Positions 1 through 9,538 are shown, counted from the first letter of the stretch. The stretch: DNA of 24,000 nucleotides from Zobellia uliginosa (GCF_900156625.1 NZ_FTOB01000002.1:94275-118274); one strand, 5' to 3'. Translations and numbers: made by a program. The notes: generated from the letters alone by a model not told the origin.

Positions 1-1
1 C

Positions 2-604
2 CATCTTTCCGATGGCCGGAGCTTTGAGATGTGGCGGGAGGTAAAAATCGACTGCCCTGTTATATTTACGACGGCCTATAACCAATACGCCATAGAGGCC
101 TTTAAGGTCAATAGTGTCGATTATTTGTTAAAGCCCATCAAGGAGGAGGAGCTTCAAAAAGCCATTGAAAAGTATGAAAGCCTGCATAAGGAAGCGCTTT
201 CCTCCGAAATGAAAAACTTGCGGAATTTGATTGAAAACTCCGTGTTGGAACGGGGGTATCGCGAAGTCAAGACCAGGTTTATGGTAAAAACCGGGCAGGT
301 GATAAAAAGCATTTCCACGAACGAGGTGGCCTACTTTATTGCGGAAGAAGGCGTGGTGCTGTTGGTCAATTTTAAGGGAAACCGCTTTGTAGTCAACTAT
401 ACCCTAGACCAGTTGGAAGCGCAATTGGACCCCCAGATGTTTTTTCGGGCCAACCGTCAATTGGTGGTAAACATCGAGGCCGTAAAAGAGGTAACGCCCT
501 ATTTTAAAGGTCGCCTGTATTTGCTTTTGGAACCGGCCCCGGACGGAGACCAGGTAATCAGTAGCGGAAAGGCGAACGCTTTTAAGGAATGGTTGGATAT
601 GTAA
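2..604 (+). CDS. LytTR-family response regulator, 5'-truncated by window edge
   Basis: The frame is open from nt 2, with no stop in 2-28. The translation shows the end of a receiver domain (VIFTTAYNQYAIEAFKVNSVDYLLKPI), a linker, then a LytTR-type DNA-binding domain (FFRANRQLVVNIEAVKEV). Confidence 0.85.
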   Translation, partial: HLSDGRSFEMWREVKIDCPVIFTTAYNQYAIEAFKVNSVDYLLKPIKEEELQKAIEKYESLHKEALSSEMKNLRNLIENSVLERGYREVKTRFMVKTGQVIKSISTNEVAYFIAEEGVVLLVNFKGNRFVVNYTLDQLEAQLDPQMFFRANRQLVVNIEAVKEVTPYFKGRLYLLLEPAPDGDQVISSGKANAFKEWLDM

Positions 605-636
605 GGGTTTGGCGCACTTACGGGCTTGTGCCGTGC

Positions 637-1500
637 TTACCCTTGATCGCTATGGTTTTTGTTCAATTCCAGTTCCATTTCTACTTGTTCAAGATGGTTT
701 TCAAGTCCGATTTGATTAAAAAAAGTGTTTATGGCCTTTGACCCTTTATCTACATTGATTACTGAGAGTGTATTTCCGTACTTTTGGTTTAGTCTTAAAA
801 TTAAGGTGGAAGCTATTCCCTTTTTTCTGTGATCCTTGTTTACGGCAATTTGATGTATCCGTTGGCTAACTGGGTTAAAAATAAGATATCCGACGAACTG
901 ATTTTCTATAAAAGCACCTAAAGAAATGTTGGTATCTTTTAGGGCGGTGAGAACGTTCTTTGAGTTTTGCCAAGTAGGGGAAACCTCCCAAAAGGATTCC
1001 ATCAGCGGCCAGTTATAGTGCTGTAATGGCTTGATTTCGATATGCTCGGTCATTTTTGAAATTTCAACCCATCCCTTGTAGCAAGATAGTTCTCTTTTAA
1101 TTTTAAATCCGGATTTTTTATAGGAGGCGATTGCCGGAATATTCTTGGTAATCACTTCAAGTAGAAGAGTGTCTATTCCTTTTTCATCAAGAACGGGAAG
1201 AATGAAGCGATACATCTGCTTTGTTAGTCCCGATCCTCTTTTTTCCGGAATAACCCCGGTCCCTCCGTTGTACACTATTTTTTTGTGGTCAATGCTGTCG
1301 TATCCGTGTAAAATCAAGGCTATCAGTTTTCCATTGTCAAAGACCCCGACCGATAGGTCAAGGTCAATTTTATCCGCAAGCATTTTAGCGCTTAGTTGTT
1401 CTTCGGTTAGTTTAAAAGAAATGAAATAGTCGGAAAAAGCATGGTTAAAAGCTTGCAAAATGCTTTTTTTATCTACGCCTTCTAAAGTTTTTATTTCCAT
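637..1500 (-). CDS. GNAT-family N-acetyltransferase (two GNAT-like halves)
   Basis: 287-aa ORF. Each half carries an acetyl-CoA-binding motif of the R/Q-x-x-G-x-G/A type (EKRGSGLTKQM; HRKKGIASTLI). Confidence 0.8.
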   Translation of the reverse strand: MEIKTLEGVDKKSILQAFNHAFSDYFISFKLTEEQLSAKMLADKIDLDLSVGVFDNGKLIALILHGYDSIDHKKIVYNGGTGVIPEKRGSGLTKQMYRFILPVLDEKGIDTLLLEVITKNIPAIASYKKSGFKIKRELSCYKGWVEISKMTEHIEIKPLQHYNWPLMESFWEVSPTWQNSKNVLTALKDTNISLGAFIENQFVGYLIFNPVSQRIHQIAVNKDHRKKGIASTLILRLNQKYGNTLSVINVDKGSKAINTFFNQIGLENHLEQVEMELELNKNHSDQG

Positions 1501-1536
1501 TTTAGGGGTTCCTAATTGCAGTCTACTTATACCGTA

Positions 1537-2532
1537 TTATGCCCATTGTTCGTTTTTCTTTATAACCAGGTCAATTTCCATCAAGGCGCTTTTAAACCGT
1601 TGTTTCCACCCACCCTTTATTTCAACAAAATCGATTCTCTTTTCTTTTAATATTTTTCTATTTGACAAGTCCAATAAATTCCTGTTCAATTCGCTCAAAC
1701 GAGTTCCATCTTGTTGAAATTTTACGTCATTATTAAGGTAGAGATACAGGTCGGCTTTGTTTGAGTTATAAATTTGATTATCTACTTTCAGATCTTTGTT
1801 GAAAATGAAGTTTGCGTATGACATTGTTGTGTGGATATCGGTGTCAATTATAATCAGGGGACTTTCACCACATTTTTGTTGGTTGATTCGCTTTGCGTGT
1901 TCCGATGCCACTAGATGTAAGTCTTTAAATTCAAATGAATTGGAATTAGGAATAAGGTCTCTACCGGCTTCTTTTACCAGGCTGCACTTGTAATGCTTCG
2001 CAAGTTTTTCGGCGAGTGTGGTTTTTCCGGTGCTTTCAGTTCCAAGTATAACCACCTTAATGGCAAAGTAAGGTTTTACACTTGGGGGTAAAAATTTCCA
2101 GTTTGAAAATAGATCATTCCGAACAGCAGTAGCGGAAACAGGATAGCGTTGTTTGGGAATGTCAAAAGGAATATGCTTGATTTTCATAAATGAAGCAACA
2201 TAGTCGCCATATTCTTCCGATGTAATTACCAAATCATGGTCAGGGTATAGTTTCTTGAATATTTCTGACCATAAACTTGAAACTTCTCGGGAGGATTCCG
2301 ATGTATTGGGTAAATCGGCTTCACTATAACTGAAGGTGTTGACTTCAATGTTTTGTGTTGATTTAAAGGTCTCTTCAATCCAATTTTTTCTTGTTTCGGA
2401 AGGGATTTTTTCTCTGTCGCTGCAACAAACTAAAACGGATAGATGGTCGCACTTCGTCAAAGCAAAATTTATCATTGCTTCATGTCCTTTGTGAAAAGGC
2501 ATAAACTTCCCGAAAATAAATGCTTTAACCAT
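1537..2532 (-). CDS. nadR: NadR-type bifunctional NMN adenylyltransferase / ribosylnicotinamide kinase (no HTH domain)
   Basis: 331 aa. It has an N-terminal nucleotidyltransferase HxGH motif (GKFMPFHKGH) and a central Walker A (GTESTGKTT). It overlaps pnuC by 8 nt. Confidence 0.8.
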   Translation of the reverse strand: MVKAFIFGKFMPFHKGHEAMINFALTKCDHLSVLVCCSDREKIPSETRKNWIEETFKSTQNIEVNTFSYSEADLPNTSESSREVSSLWSEIFKKLYPDHDLVITSEEYGDYVASFMKIKHIPFDIPKQRYPVSATAVRNDLFSNWKFLPPSVKPYFAIKVVILGTESTGKTTLAEKLAKHYKCSLVKEAGRDLIPNSNSFEFKDLHLVASEHAKRINQQKCGESPLIIIDTDIHTTMSYANFIFNKDLKVDNQIYNSNKADLYLYLNNDVKFQQDGTRLSELNRNLLDLSNRKILKEKRIDFVEIKGGWKQRFKSALMEIDLVIKKNEQWA

Positions 2533-3154
2533 TACTTAATTGTCTTTTCCAATTAAACAATCCGAACGTTGCAAGGCACAAGAAAACAAAGTATTCCAAG
2601 CTTAAAAAGACAATTCCTTTTTTGAAAAATAGGAATACACAAACCAAATCGACAACAATCCATAAATACCAAGTCTCTATTTTCTTTTTGGCCAGCAAAA
2701 CGGTAGCAATAATACTTAACACCATTACAAAGGAATCGGCAAACGGATAAGAGGCTTCGAATATGAAATAGAGCGGTAAATACAAATGAATTTTACTAAA
2801 CAAGTAGCCTGCGATAAGAGTTGAAAGAACAATAATGAGAGATAACCACAATTTTGATTTTGGGTCAATTGAGGTAATGCTATTTTCTTCGGATTTATTT
2901 TTCCAATTGTACCAACCATACAAGGTGACTGCGAAAAAATACACTTGTAAAAACATATCGGCATACAGCTGTACTTGAAAGAACAAAATGAACAAAAACA
3001 GTTCGTTTACAATTCCAGTGCTCCAAGTAAGAATGTTGGCTCTTGTGGCCAAGTAGACGGAAATCAAACCAAATAGCGTGGCTATCAACTCAACATAGCT
3101 TATTGGGTAGTTCAATACCTCAAAAGCAATGTTTTCAATGTCGAATAAATTCAT
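2525..3154 (-). CDS. pnuC: Nicotinamide riboside transporter PnuC
   Basis: 209 aa with multiple TM helices and the PnuC-typical duplicated Trp motifs (LYGWYNW, FGLFNW). Its start overlaps the stop of the upstream receptor gene at 3154. Confidence 0.8.
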   Translation of the reverse strand: MNLFDIENIAFEVLNYPISYVELIATLFGLISVYLATRANILTWSTGIVNELFLFILFFQVQLYADMFLQVYFFAVTLYGWYNWKNKSEENSITSIDPKSKLWLSLIIVLSTLIAGYLFSKIHLYLPLYFIFEASYPFADSFVMVLSIIATVLLAKKKIETWYLWIVVDLVCVFLFFKKGIVFLSLEYFVFLCLATFGLFNWKRQLSNG

Positions 3155-5151
3155 TAGAAATTGTATTGAATTGAAGTATAAAAATTGATCGGGGCCTGCA
3201 CAAAATATTTTTTGCTTCCATCAAAATCAACATAACCTTGGTTGAAATATTTTGTATCGGTAATGTTGTTTAGAAATATGGCGAATTGAAATTTATCGAT
3301 ATCATAGCTCGCCCTGCTATTCATAAGAAAGTAGCCGTCTACCATTTCTTCATTGGCAAAATCAATAAATGAACTATGCTGATATTTTGCGGATAAGGCT
3401 AAGGTGAGATTGTTTTTATTAAACACGACTTCTTGATTAACGATCAGTGGTGGTGTTAGTATTGGGTTGAATTTTTCCGACTGTTCCTTTATCCGACTAT
3501 AATTGAAGGAAGAATTATTTCTTAACGAAAAATAGTGATTTACTTTATAGAAAAGGGCCAGTTCCAATCCTGTTCGTACACTTTGCTCAACATTACTGGT
3601 CAAGGATAATCCGTTAGGTCCAAATTTGCCGTCTAAGACAATTTCATTTTCGAAATCCATATGGTAAAAATTGAAGTCCAGATTTAGTCTCTTTTTTTGA
3701 TACCTAAAGCCCAATTCGTGATTTACCACATATTCTGGTTTAGTGTTGGATAAAACGGGATTACCTGAATTATCGGCCAATAGATCATCGTTACCACCGA
3801 ACATATCGTTTCTTGTAGGCTCTCTTCCTGTTCTTCCAATGCTGTAATATAGGCTTGAATGTGGATTTAACGAAGTACTGAACCCTGCTTTTGGGTTGAT
3901 AAAATCCCAATCCAATTTCTGGAAAGCAACGGAACCTTTGTAATCAAAATTGACATAGCGATATTGGATGTCGGCAAAAAATGTTAGCCATTTGTAGCCG
4001 TAATTTGCTTTTGTAAAAGCGCTTACTTCATTTTTTAAACCTTTATTTTGATAGAGTTGGCCTAATTCTTTCTCGCTTCCGGTGTGTTTTCTATTGTATA
4101 GGTTTCCGTGAAAGCCGGTAGTCCAACTAAAATTATTTTTTGAATAACTGTAATTGCTAAAAAGACCGATAAGGTTTGATTGAAAAGCGTAATTGTACAA
4201 TTCTTCGGTAGGCGGAAAGCCTAAAAAATTATTCAGGTCAAAATCGTAGTTTCCTTTTAAAAAAGTATGGTATATACTTGATTGTAGAAAAGAAGAAGGG
4301 CTGATCTGCCAAGAGTTTTGAATTTGGGCAAGACTTTGAAAGAACCTATCTTTTTCTTGACTTGAATTGGCATTTGTTCTTCTGTCAATATGGATCAAGG
4401 AATCCGATACGCCAAGCCAAGCCATTTCATTCTTTTGTTGCCCCGCCAGTAAGTTTATTTTCCAGGTTGATTTATCAAAGAACAAGCCGCTACTTACAAA
4501 AACCGATTGGGAGTTGTTGGCTGAATGGTACTTGTAACCATCGGAATAAACTTGTGACGCCCTAAGGTATATTGCTTTTCTGTTTTTAATTCCGCTGTTG
4601 TACTCTCCAAACGCCCTGAGGCTATTAAACGAACCATAACCCAGGCCAAAAGTTGTTCGTGTTGAATCCCTAAGGTTTGGTGAAAAGAGTTGAATGCTTC
4701 CTCCGTAACTGGCCACACCGTTTTTTGTCAATCCAAGTCCCCTTTGGATTTGAATTTTGCTTACTGAATTTAGTAGATCGGGAAAATTTGAAAAATATCC
4801 CCCTTGGTCTTCGGGTTCATTAAGAGGTACACCATCAAGTGTCATATTTATTCTGGTTTGGTCAATACCCCTAAGTCGGAAATAGGAATAACCTTGCGAA
4901 TTTCCTGCATCGGAATAGTTGGTGATAGAAGGCGTTTCAGAAAGTAAAAATGAAGGCTCTTGGCCCACTGATTTTGACTTTATTTCTTTTGAATGGATAT
5001 TTTGAAAAGTAATTGGCGTCAACTTGTCGGCTTGGTAAGTTATAATTACTTCTTTAAGTTGTCTGATGGTATCGAGCTGTGTAGCCTCTTGTGCTATAAG
5101 TCGATTGCCGATTAGTACCGTTAGGAGAACTAGGGTAAAATGTTTGTTCAT
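3154..5151 (-). CDS. TonB-dependent outer-membrane receptor
   Basis: 665 aa with a signal peptide (MNKHFTLVLLTVLIGNRLIAQE) and a plug-like N-terminus. The long beta-barrel-type sequence is rich in alternating aromatic/Gly/Asn and ends in an aromatic residue (TSIQYNF). Confidence 0.85.
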   Translation of the reverse strand: MNKHFTLVLLTVLIGNRLIAQEATQLDTIRQLKEVIITYQADKLTPITFQNIHSKEIKSKSVGQEPSFLLSETPSITNYSDAGNSQGYSYFRLRGIDQTRINMTLDGVPLNEPEDQGGYFSNFPDLLNSVSKIQIQRGLGLTKNGVASYGGSIQLFSPNLRDSTRTTFGLGYGSFNSLRAFGEYNSGIKNRKAIYLRASQVYSDGYKYHSANNSQSVFVSSGLFFDKSTWKINLLAGQQKNEMAWLGVSDSLIHIDRRTNANSSQEKDRFFQSLAQIQNSWQISPSSFLQSSIYHTFLKGNYDFDLNNFLGFPPTEELYNYAFQSNLIGLFSNYSYSKNNFSWTTGFHGNLYNRKHTGSEKELGQLYQNKGLKNEVSAFTKANYGYKWLTFFADIQYRYVNFDYKGSVAFQKLDWDFINPKAGFSTSLNPHSSLYYSIGRTGREPTRNDMFGGNDDLLADNSGNPVLSNTKPEYVVNHELGFRYQKKRLNLDFNFYHMDFENEIVLDGKFGPNGLSLTSNVEQSVRTGLELALFYKVNHYFSLRNNSSFNYSRIKEQSEKFNPILTPPLIVNQEVVFNKNNLTLALSAKYQHSSFIDFANEEMVDGYFLMNSRASYDIDKFQFAIFLNNITDTKYFNQGYVDFDGSKKYFVQAPINFYTSIQYNF

Positions 5152-5254
5152 ATATTAAATTAACCTCCTTTAGATGTTAGGGATAGTTTTTATTTCAAGA
5201 AGCGATTCTTGTTCAGCATTGAACATAAGGGGGCCATATAAGCCTCAGTTGCGT

Positions 5255-5785
5255 TTATACATGGGGGGTGACAGTATTTTTAAATTCAGTCTGTTTACTA
5301 TTAATTCGTTTGATCATATATGAAATTAAAAGTCCGATTGAAAATGTTGTGAGAACTGTGCAAGCAACAAAAGCTATAATTGGAGGAATCATCATTAGAA
5401 TTTTTTCTTCTGCAACAGTCAGTCCGATAATCAGGCAAAAAGTTATCCAGATCATTAAATTCACAATAGTAGAGTATTTAAAGGACGCCAGAAGTAATGA
5501 TTTTCCGTTTTTAATATTTTTATAGGCTACTTTTCCACCAATCCAAAGAGCGATCAAAAACGCAACTACAAGTCCGATCGTTGAAATTCCGTATGTTCCA
5601 AGAATAGCAATTGTCATTAGTCCTTCCCCAAATAAAAAACTTGGAACAAAAATCGTAGCGAAAACGACAAAAAATCCGATAGGTGCTCCAATCAGATAAG
5701 AAGTCAGAACGCTTTGTTTTAATTTATTTTTCATTCGTTTTGTGTTCGGTTGGGATATTATGGCCAAAAAGTAGGATAGCATCAC
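5255..5785 (-). CDS. Hypothetical integral membrane protein (about 4 TM helices)
   Basis: The ORF has four long hydrophobic stretches. The true start is more likely Met18 (MKNKLKQ, nt 5734) than 5785. Confidence 0.6.
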   Translation of the reverse strand: MMLSYFLAIISQPNTKRMKNKLKQSVLTSYLIGAPIGFFVVFATIFVPSFLFGEGLMTIAILGTYGISTIGLVVAFLIALWIGGKVAYKNIKNGKSLLLASFKYSTIVNLMIWITFCLIIGLTVAEEKILMMIPPIIAFVACTVLTTFSIGLLISYMIKRINSKQTEFKNTVTPHV

Positions 5786-6080
5786 TAAGGCTATCGTATT
5801 TATAAGAGCTAAGATAATGAATCTCTATTGTTCAAGGAGGATGGCTTAGCTCTTAGAGAGGGGGCGTGGAGGTTCGGTCAGGTCAATAAAAGGTTTTTTT
5901 TACCTCGGCTATTTGTCTAAAAACTCGCCGTCAATACGATAACATAGGATCAGTGTTTTTATAGTGCGGTTACGTGCTATATTTCGAGATTGTCACGCTA
6001 TTTTGGTTTGATACACATGAGCATATGTATGGGAAGTGATGGGCCAGGGGAAGCAAAACCGTTGCTGGGCGCCATTGGCA

Positions 6081-6539
6081 TTACCATTTCCACCAAGGTT
6101 TTTTTTGGGGTGGTTCAGGGGTAATACGGGTTTTTAAAAATTCTAGGTATTTCGGGGCGTCTTCAGAGAAAATTTCCTCTCCTTCAAGGGCATAGGCACG
6201 GGTCAACTCATCGGCCGCACGCTCTAGGTTTCCGGTTTCAAATTGACATTGACCGAGTCGCATATGAATAAATGCATTGCCGATCGCTCCGGGACAATGC
6301 ATGGCATAGGTAAGATTGTCTACACCTGCCTTAAAATCATTTCCGAGAAAATTGGCATCGCCGATGGCCGTTAAAATCCATGTTGCGCTATCCCAATCGG
6401 TTTTTGGTTCGGGAACTAAATCAAAGGCATTCCAATAATTCTCTAGGGCCGCGGCAAAATTGCCTTCTTCGGCCAAATGATCCCCCTTGGCGCACAGGTC
6501 CTCGATTTGCGTGTGAATTTTATCGTCTAATTCTGCCAT
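6081..6539 (-). CDS. TPR-like repeat hypothetical protein
   Basis: Helical-repeat sequence (GNFAAALENYWNAF, RLGQCQFETGNLERAADELTRAY). The start is placed at MAELDD (6539). The ORF track allows an alternative start at 6587. Confidence 0.6.
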   Translation of the reverse strand: MAELDDKIHTQIEDLCAKGDHLAEEGNFAAALENYWNAFDLVPEPKTDWDSATWILTAIGDANFLGNDFKAGVDNLTYAMHCPGAIGNAFIHMRLGQCQFETGNLERAADELTRAYALEGEEIFSEDAPKYLEFLKTRITPEPPQKKPWWKW

Positions 6540-6912
6540 TTGATATGCTTTGGTTAAAGTTAAATATCTGTTTTTTGCCACTTTCAACTATATAGGGTCG
6601 GGTCTCACCATTGTTTATGCTTGCGACTTTTTCCCTGTTAATATAAACTCCAATTGTAGGTACTCTATTGTTCCGTTCCGATCTTAAAGTCCAAACATGG
6701 GTGATAGGAAAAATAGGTACGTACATAAAATGAAAATACTCAATACGCTCTTCTACTTGAAGAACTTTTGTTTCCGACCCTTTACTGTTCCATAAATCAA
6801 GACCGTCATAAGGCGTGTTGAATTGATCTGTATTCTCCATTAAAAAGTCAAACAGTTCAATTTCGTATTTTTTATTAAAAATACTTCTATACCCGATTCT
6901 TAGTCTAGTCAC
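6520..6912 (-). CDS. Hypothetical protein (GTG start)
   Basis: 130-aa ORF with a non-ATG start (cac on the + strand at 6910-6912). The composition is plausibly coding, but I recognise no family. It overlaps the next gene by about 20 nt. Confidence 0.4.
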   Translation of the reverse strand: MTRLRIGYRSIFNKKYEIELFDFLMENTDQFNTPYDGLDLWNSKGSETKVLQVEERIEYFHFMYVPIFPITHVWTLRSERNNRVPTIGVYINREKVASINNGETRPYIVESGKKQIFNFNQSISNGRIRR

Positions 6913-7005
6913 TATTCTATGTGTTTGTCTATAGTGGCCTACCCGTAGTTAGGAGGGAATAGGTTTGTTTTTTAGCTCGGTTTTTTTGCTGGCTGTAGTG
7001 TTTTA

Positions 7006-7473
7006 TCAATCCCATATCTCTGGTCTATCAATATGCATTGCCCTTAAATACGACAGGAATTGTCCTGCGTGAACAGATTCGTGATATGCAATCCGTAACA
7101 AATATTTGGCAAGGATTTTCTTGTCCCCATTTCCAGGGTGAACGATTTCCGTTTCGTTTAATTCCCTATCCGAAAATTGGCGAATGCTTTTTAAAAAGGT
7201 ATTTCTATAGGGTTCGGCAAATTCAAGTTCGTCGGTAACACTAGTAAATGGTCGGTTGATCCAAGGGGTTTTATAATTTGTCATATCGCCTTGGTTGATA
7301 ATAATATTCCAGCCATAATCGGCTTCCAAAACGTGTCTTATCATTTCTGACGCACTCATGGCTTTTCCGTCAGGTTTCCAATGGTAATATTTCTCAGGTA
7401 GTCCATTCCAAAGTTTTATACTTCTTCTCCTGATCTCCGTAAAGTTTAAAAGTATGAGTTCAGATTGAGTCAT
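7006..7473 (-). CDS. DinB-superfamily (DinB_2-like) metal-binding protein
   Basis: 155 aa. The spaced His residues are typical of the DinB four-helix bundle (MIRHVLEAD; YHESVHAGQ). Confidence 0.75.
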   Translation of the reverse strand: MTQSELILLNFTEIRRRSIKLWNGLPEKYYHWKPDGKAMSASEMIRHVLEADYGWNIIINQGDMTNYKTPWINRPFTSVTDELEFAEPYRNTFLKSIRQFSDRELNETEIVHPGNGDKKILAKYLLRIAYHESVHAGQFLSYLRAMHIDRPEIWD

Positions 7474-7521
7474 TCTATTTGTTTTCGAGAATGTTGTTTT
7501 ACATTACGTATAGCCCATATA

Positions 7522-7675
7522 CCTGTAGCACAAGTTATAAAAAAAAGAGCTTTTTGGGATCCTTGCCAATCGGGCGATGGATCCTAACTTGTTGGTGTGC
7601 CGTGTAACTTGGCTCCCTAAAAAGGGCTTAAAAACGATGTTTTTTTCGCTGTTCAAGGACTCGGGTAAGGGTTAC
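7522..7675 (+). mobile_element. Degenerate remnant / mini-derivative related to the ends of the IS1182-family element at 21923-23645
   Basis: CCTGTAGCACAAGTTATAAAAAAAAG (7522-) resembles the IS left end CCTGTTGCACAAGTTAACGAAAAAAC. GGCTTAAAAACGATGTTTTTTTCGCTGTTCAAGGACTCGGGTAAGGGTTAC (to 7675) resembles the IS right end GGCTTATATAAATCCGTTTTTTTGCTTTTCAATGGCTTGTGCAACGATTAC. The alignment was done by eye only. Confidence 0.35.
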
Positions 7676-7866
7676 CCATATTGGTATTGGTTGTTTAGTG
7701 TGTTCAATTTCAATCATTTATTCATTTGCCATAAGCATTTTGGCCTCAATCTCTTCTTGAAATATAAATACTAATTTTCTTCTCTTCTCCTTTTCAAATA
7801 TAAGAGTCTATTTTTCCACATATTTATTGGTCCAGTCACCATTGACCATTCCGCTATGTTTCGTTT

Positions 7867-8535
7867 TTAAGTGTCGCAAGAAATGTCGTCCCATTCTTGG
7901 TCCATATAGTTGACCAACCAGTTCAAGGCATAATGTCTTTCGTACACCACACCGGGATTCAGCCCGTTTAATTCGTATCCGTTTAACCTCGCATCAACAC
8001 AGGTCCAATCCATTCTGTAATATAAATCGTTGGCATCCAAAATCTCGGTTTTTGTCCTTGATTTTGAAAAACTATTGATAAATGTATTCGGGTCTTTGCC
8101 TTCTCCAATAGGGTATTTTTCGAATGGGATCTGATTTAAATCGCACATTTTGTCCGGATACCCTATATCCTCTATAACGCCCAGGGCCCACATTAAGACC
8201 CAAATCCCTTCGCATTTCCAGGTTTCTTGGGTTTTCTTATCGTCGGTGGGGCTTTCTAAGAAGCTTTTTTCTTTAGGGGTAAGCAGCTCCCAAAGATGGT
8301 ATGTCTTTAAATACTCGATCGCATCTTCCGCCTCTATAACATTGAATGCCACCATATTGGTGGTTGCTAGAACAGAAACCCTTTGGGCTATTTCCTTGGG
8401 GGTTCGCAATGTGGTGTCTTCTTCAGCTTCTATGTGGGGGAGGTGTTCATTTATTTTGACGCCTTTACTTTTTAGGAACTTCTCTGTTCTTTCCTTTCGA
8501 TTGAGTTGTTTAGGGGACTTAAATCGTTTAAACAT
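7867..8535 (-). CDS. DUF4272-like hypothetical protein
   Basis: 222 aa. Its pattern matches my recollection of DUF4272 proteins: RKERTEKFLKSKGVKINEHLPHIE, WKCEGIWVLMWALG, VVYERHYALNWL. Confidence 0.65.
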   Translation of the reverse strand: MFKRFKSPKQLNRKERTEKFLKSKGVKINEHLPHIEAEEDTTLRTPKEIAQRVSVLATTNMVAFNVIEAEDAIEYLKTYHLWELLTPKEKSFLESPTDDKKTQETWKCEGIWVLMWALGVIEDIGYPDKMCDLNQIPFEKYPIGEGKDPNTFINSFSKSRTKTEILDANDLYYRMDWTCVDARLNGYELNGLNPGVVYERHYALNWLVNYMDQEWDDISCDT

Positions 8536-8623
8536 GTCTTGATCTTAATGGGTTTCAGTTTTTGTCCGATAAATTCCAGAAGGAAATCCAGACCGGGCAA
8601 GGCTGCCTTTTGTATTTATGTAC

Positions 8624-8703
8624 ATAACAACGGAATGGTAGCGGATTTTATTTTTTTCGGACGGGGAGATATTTGTTTTCGCTCCCGCTACTTTGTGGGA
8701 CGG
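8624..8703. repeat. Short uninterrupted attC-like palindrome (unit H) 4 nt downstream of the esterase stop
   Basis: On the + strand, ATAACAACGG-AATGGTAGCGGA ... CTCCCGCTAC-TTTGTGGGACGG. The arms GTAGCGG/CCGCTAC pair, an inner hairpin CGGGGAG/CTCCCG is present, and the ACAACGG / TTTGTGG terminal boxes match the units at 16.5-23.7 kb. Confidence 0.5.
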
Positions 8704-8707
8704 TTTT

Positions 8708-9538
8708 TTATTCTTTTGGGGATTTAAATATGGTTTCAAAAGCACGGTATACCGCCATATGCAATGCGTCTCCGTGAGTTTTGTCCTCTAAAAAATCGTA
8801 AAATAACACAGTGTTGTCCTTTTTGTTCGCACTCAATTTATCAAATAGTTCTTTCGCGGTCCGTTCCATGATTTCGCCCTCTTTTCCCCCGGCAATATAA
8901 ATCGATTTAGGGGTGTCATAGGCGGTAGGTATTTCCTCTAGCAGCTTTTCGTCGTTCCACCATAAACTGGGACTCACAATAATATAGTTGTCAAATAGAT
9001 GGGGTTTTTTAAATAGAATTTCTGTAGCCAGTAGACCGCCGAGCGATTGTCCGATTATCGTTTTCGTTTTTGTGGTTCTATAGTTTGATGTTATAAAGGG
9101 TTGGAGTTCTTTTTCTATAAATGCGATGAAGTTTTTTGATTTTCCGGAAGTAGGAAACTCTTTTTGATCTTGCTTGTTTTGGGAAGGAAATGTAAAATCT
9201 TTCTTTCTATCCTTATTTCCGATGCCAACCACAATGGATTCCGGAAGCATCCGAATCCAAGAAAAAGAAGCAAATTGAACGATTCCGGAAATATGTATAA
9301 AATCTTCATCCTTAGAACCATCAAGCAAATAAATGACGGGATAGGTCTTTAAACTATCGGAAGCGTAGTTTAGGGGCAGGTAAATGTTCAGGTCCCTTGT
9401 TTCCTCCAATACGGTCGATTCGATTTGGATCGACTTGCCCATTGAAAAGTCGCTTTCACTGATTTTTTCGGGCAAGGCTTGTCCACGGGATAAAGTCGTG
9501 ATCAGTAAAAGGGAGAAACCTAGTAGCGTCTGTTTCAT
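8708..9538 (-). CDS. Secreted alpha/beta-hydrolase (putative esterase family)
   Basis: 276 aa with an N-terminal signal peptide (MKQTLLGFSLLLITTLSRGQA), the nucleophile elbow GQSLGG and a C-terminal catalytic His region (DKTHGD). Confidence 0.75.
   Translation of the reverse strand: MKQTLLGFSLLLITTLSRGQALPEKISESDFSMGKSIQIESTVLEETRDLNIYLPLNYASDSLKTYPVIYLLDGSKDEDFIHISGIVQFASFSWIRMLPESIVVGIGNKDRKKDFTFPSQNKQDQKEFPTSGKSKNFIAFIEKELQPFITSNYRTTKTKTIIGQSLGGLLATEILFKKPHLFDNYIIVSPSLWWNDEKLLEEIPTAYDTPKSIYIAGGKEGEIMERTAKELFDKLSANKKDNTVLFYDFLEDKTHGDALHMAVYRAFETIFKSPKE

Noticed and set aside
603-644. Inverted repeat AAGGGT...ACCCTT (with inner GCAC/GTGC) between the convergent response-regulator and GNAT genes, considered as a bidirectional terminator
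   Set aside because: It overlaps both stop codons, and neither strand has a U-tract. The function is not supportable from sequence alone.
1145-1993. Plus-strand ORFs (94, 85, 65 aa) antisense to the GNAT and nadR genes, and similar shadows at 2725-2964, 4362-4718, 5268-5525, 11068-11733, 12361-12723, 15220-15555, 15990-16292, 17692-17991 and 20322-21467
   Set aside because: All are nested in or opposite to longer ORFs that have clear family signatures.
5152-5254. Riboswitch or NAD-regulator operator upstream of the TonB receptor operon
   Set aside because: I could find no recognisable conserved riboswitch core or palindrome by eye.
7577-7774. 65-aa plus-strand ORF in the DinB/DUF4272 intergenic region
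   Set aside because: It overlaps the degenerate IS-end remnant, has no recognisable features and lies in an otherwise minus-strand gene run.
8506-8745. Small overlapping ORFs (73 aa +, 66 aa -) between the DUF4272-like and esterase genes
   Set aside because: They span the unit H hairpin, overlap each other and the neighbouring genes, and have an implausible composition.
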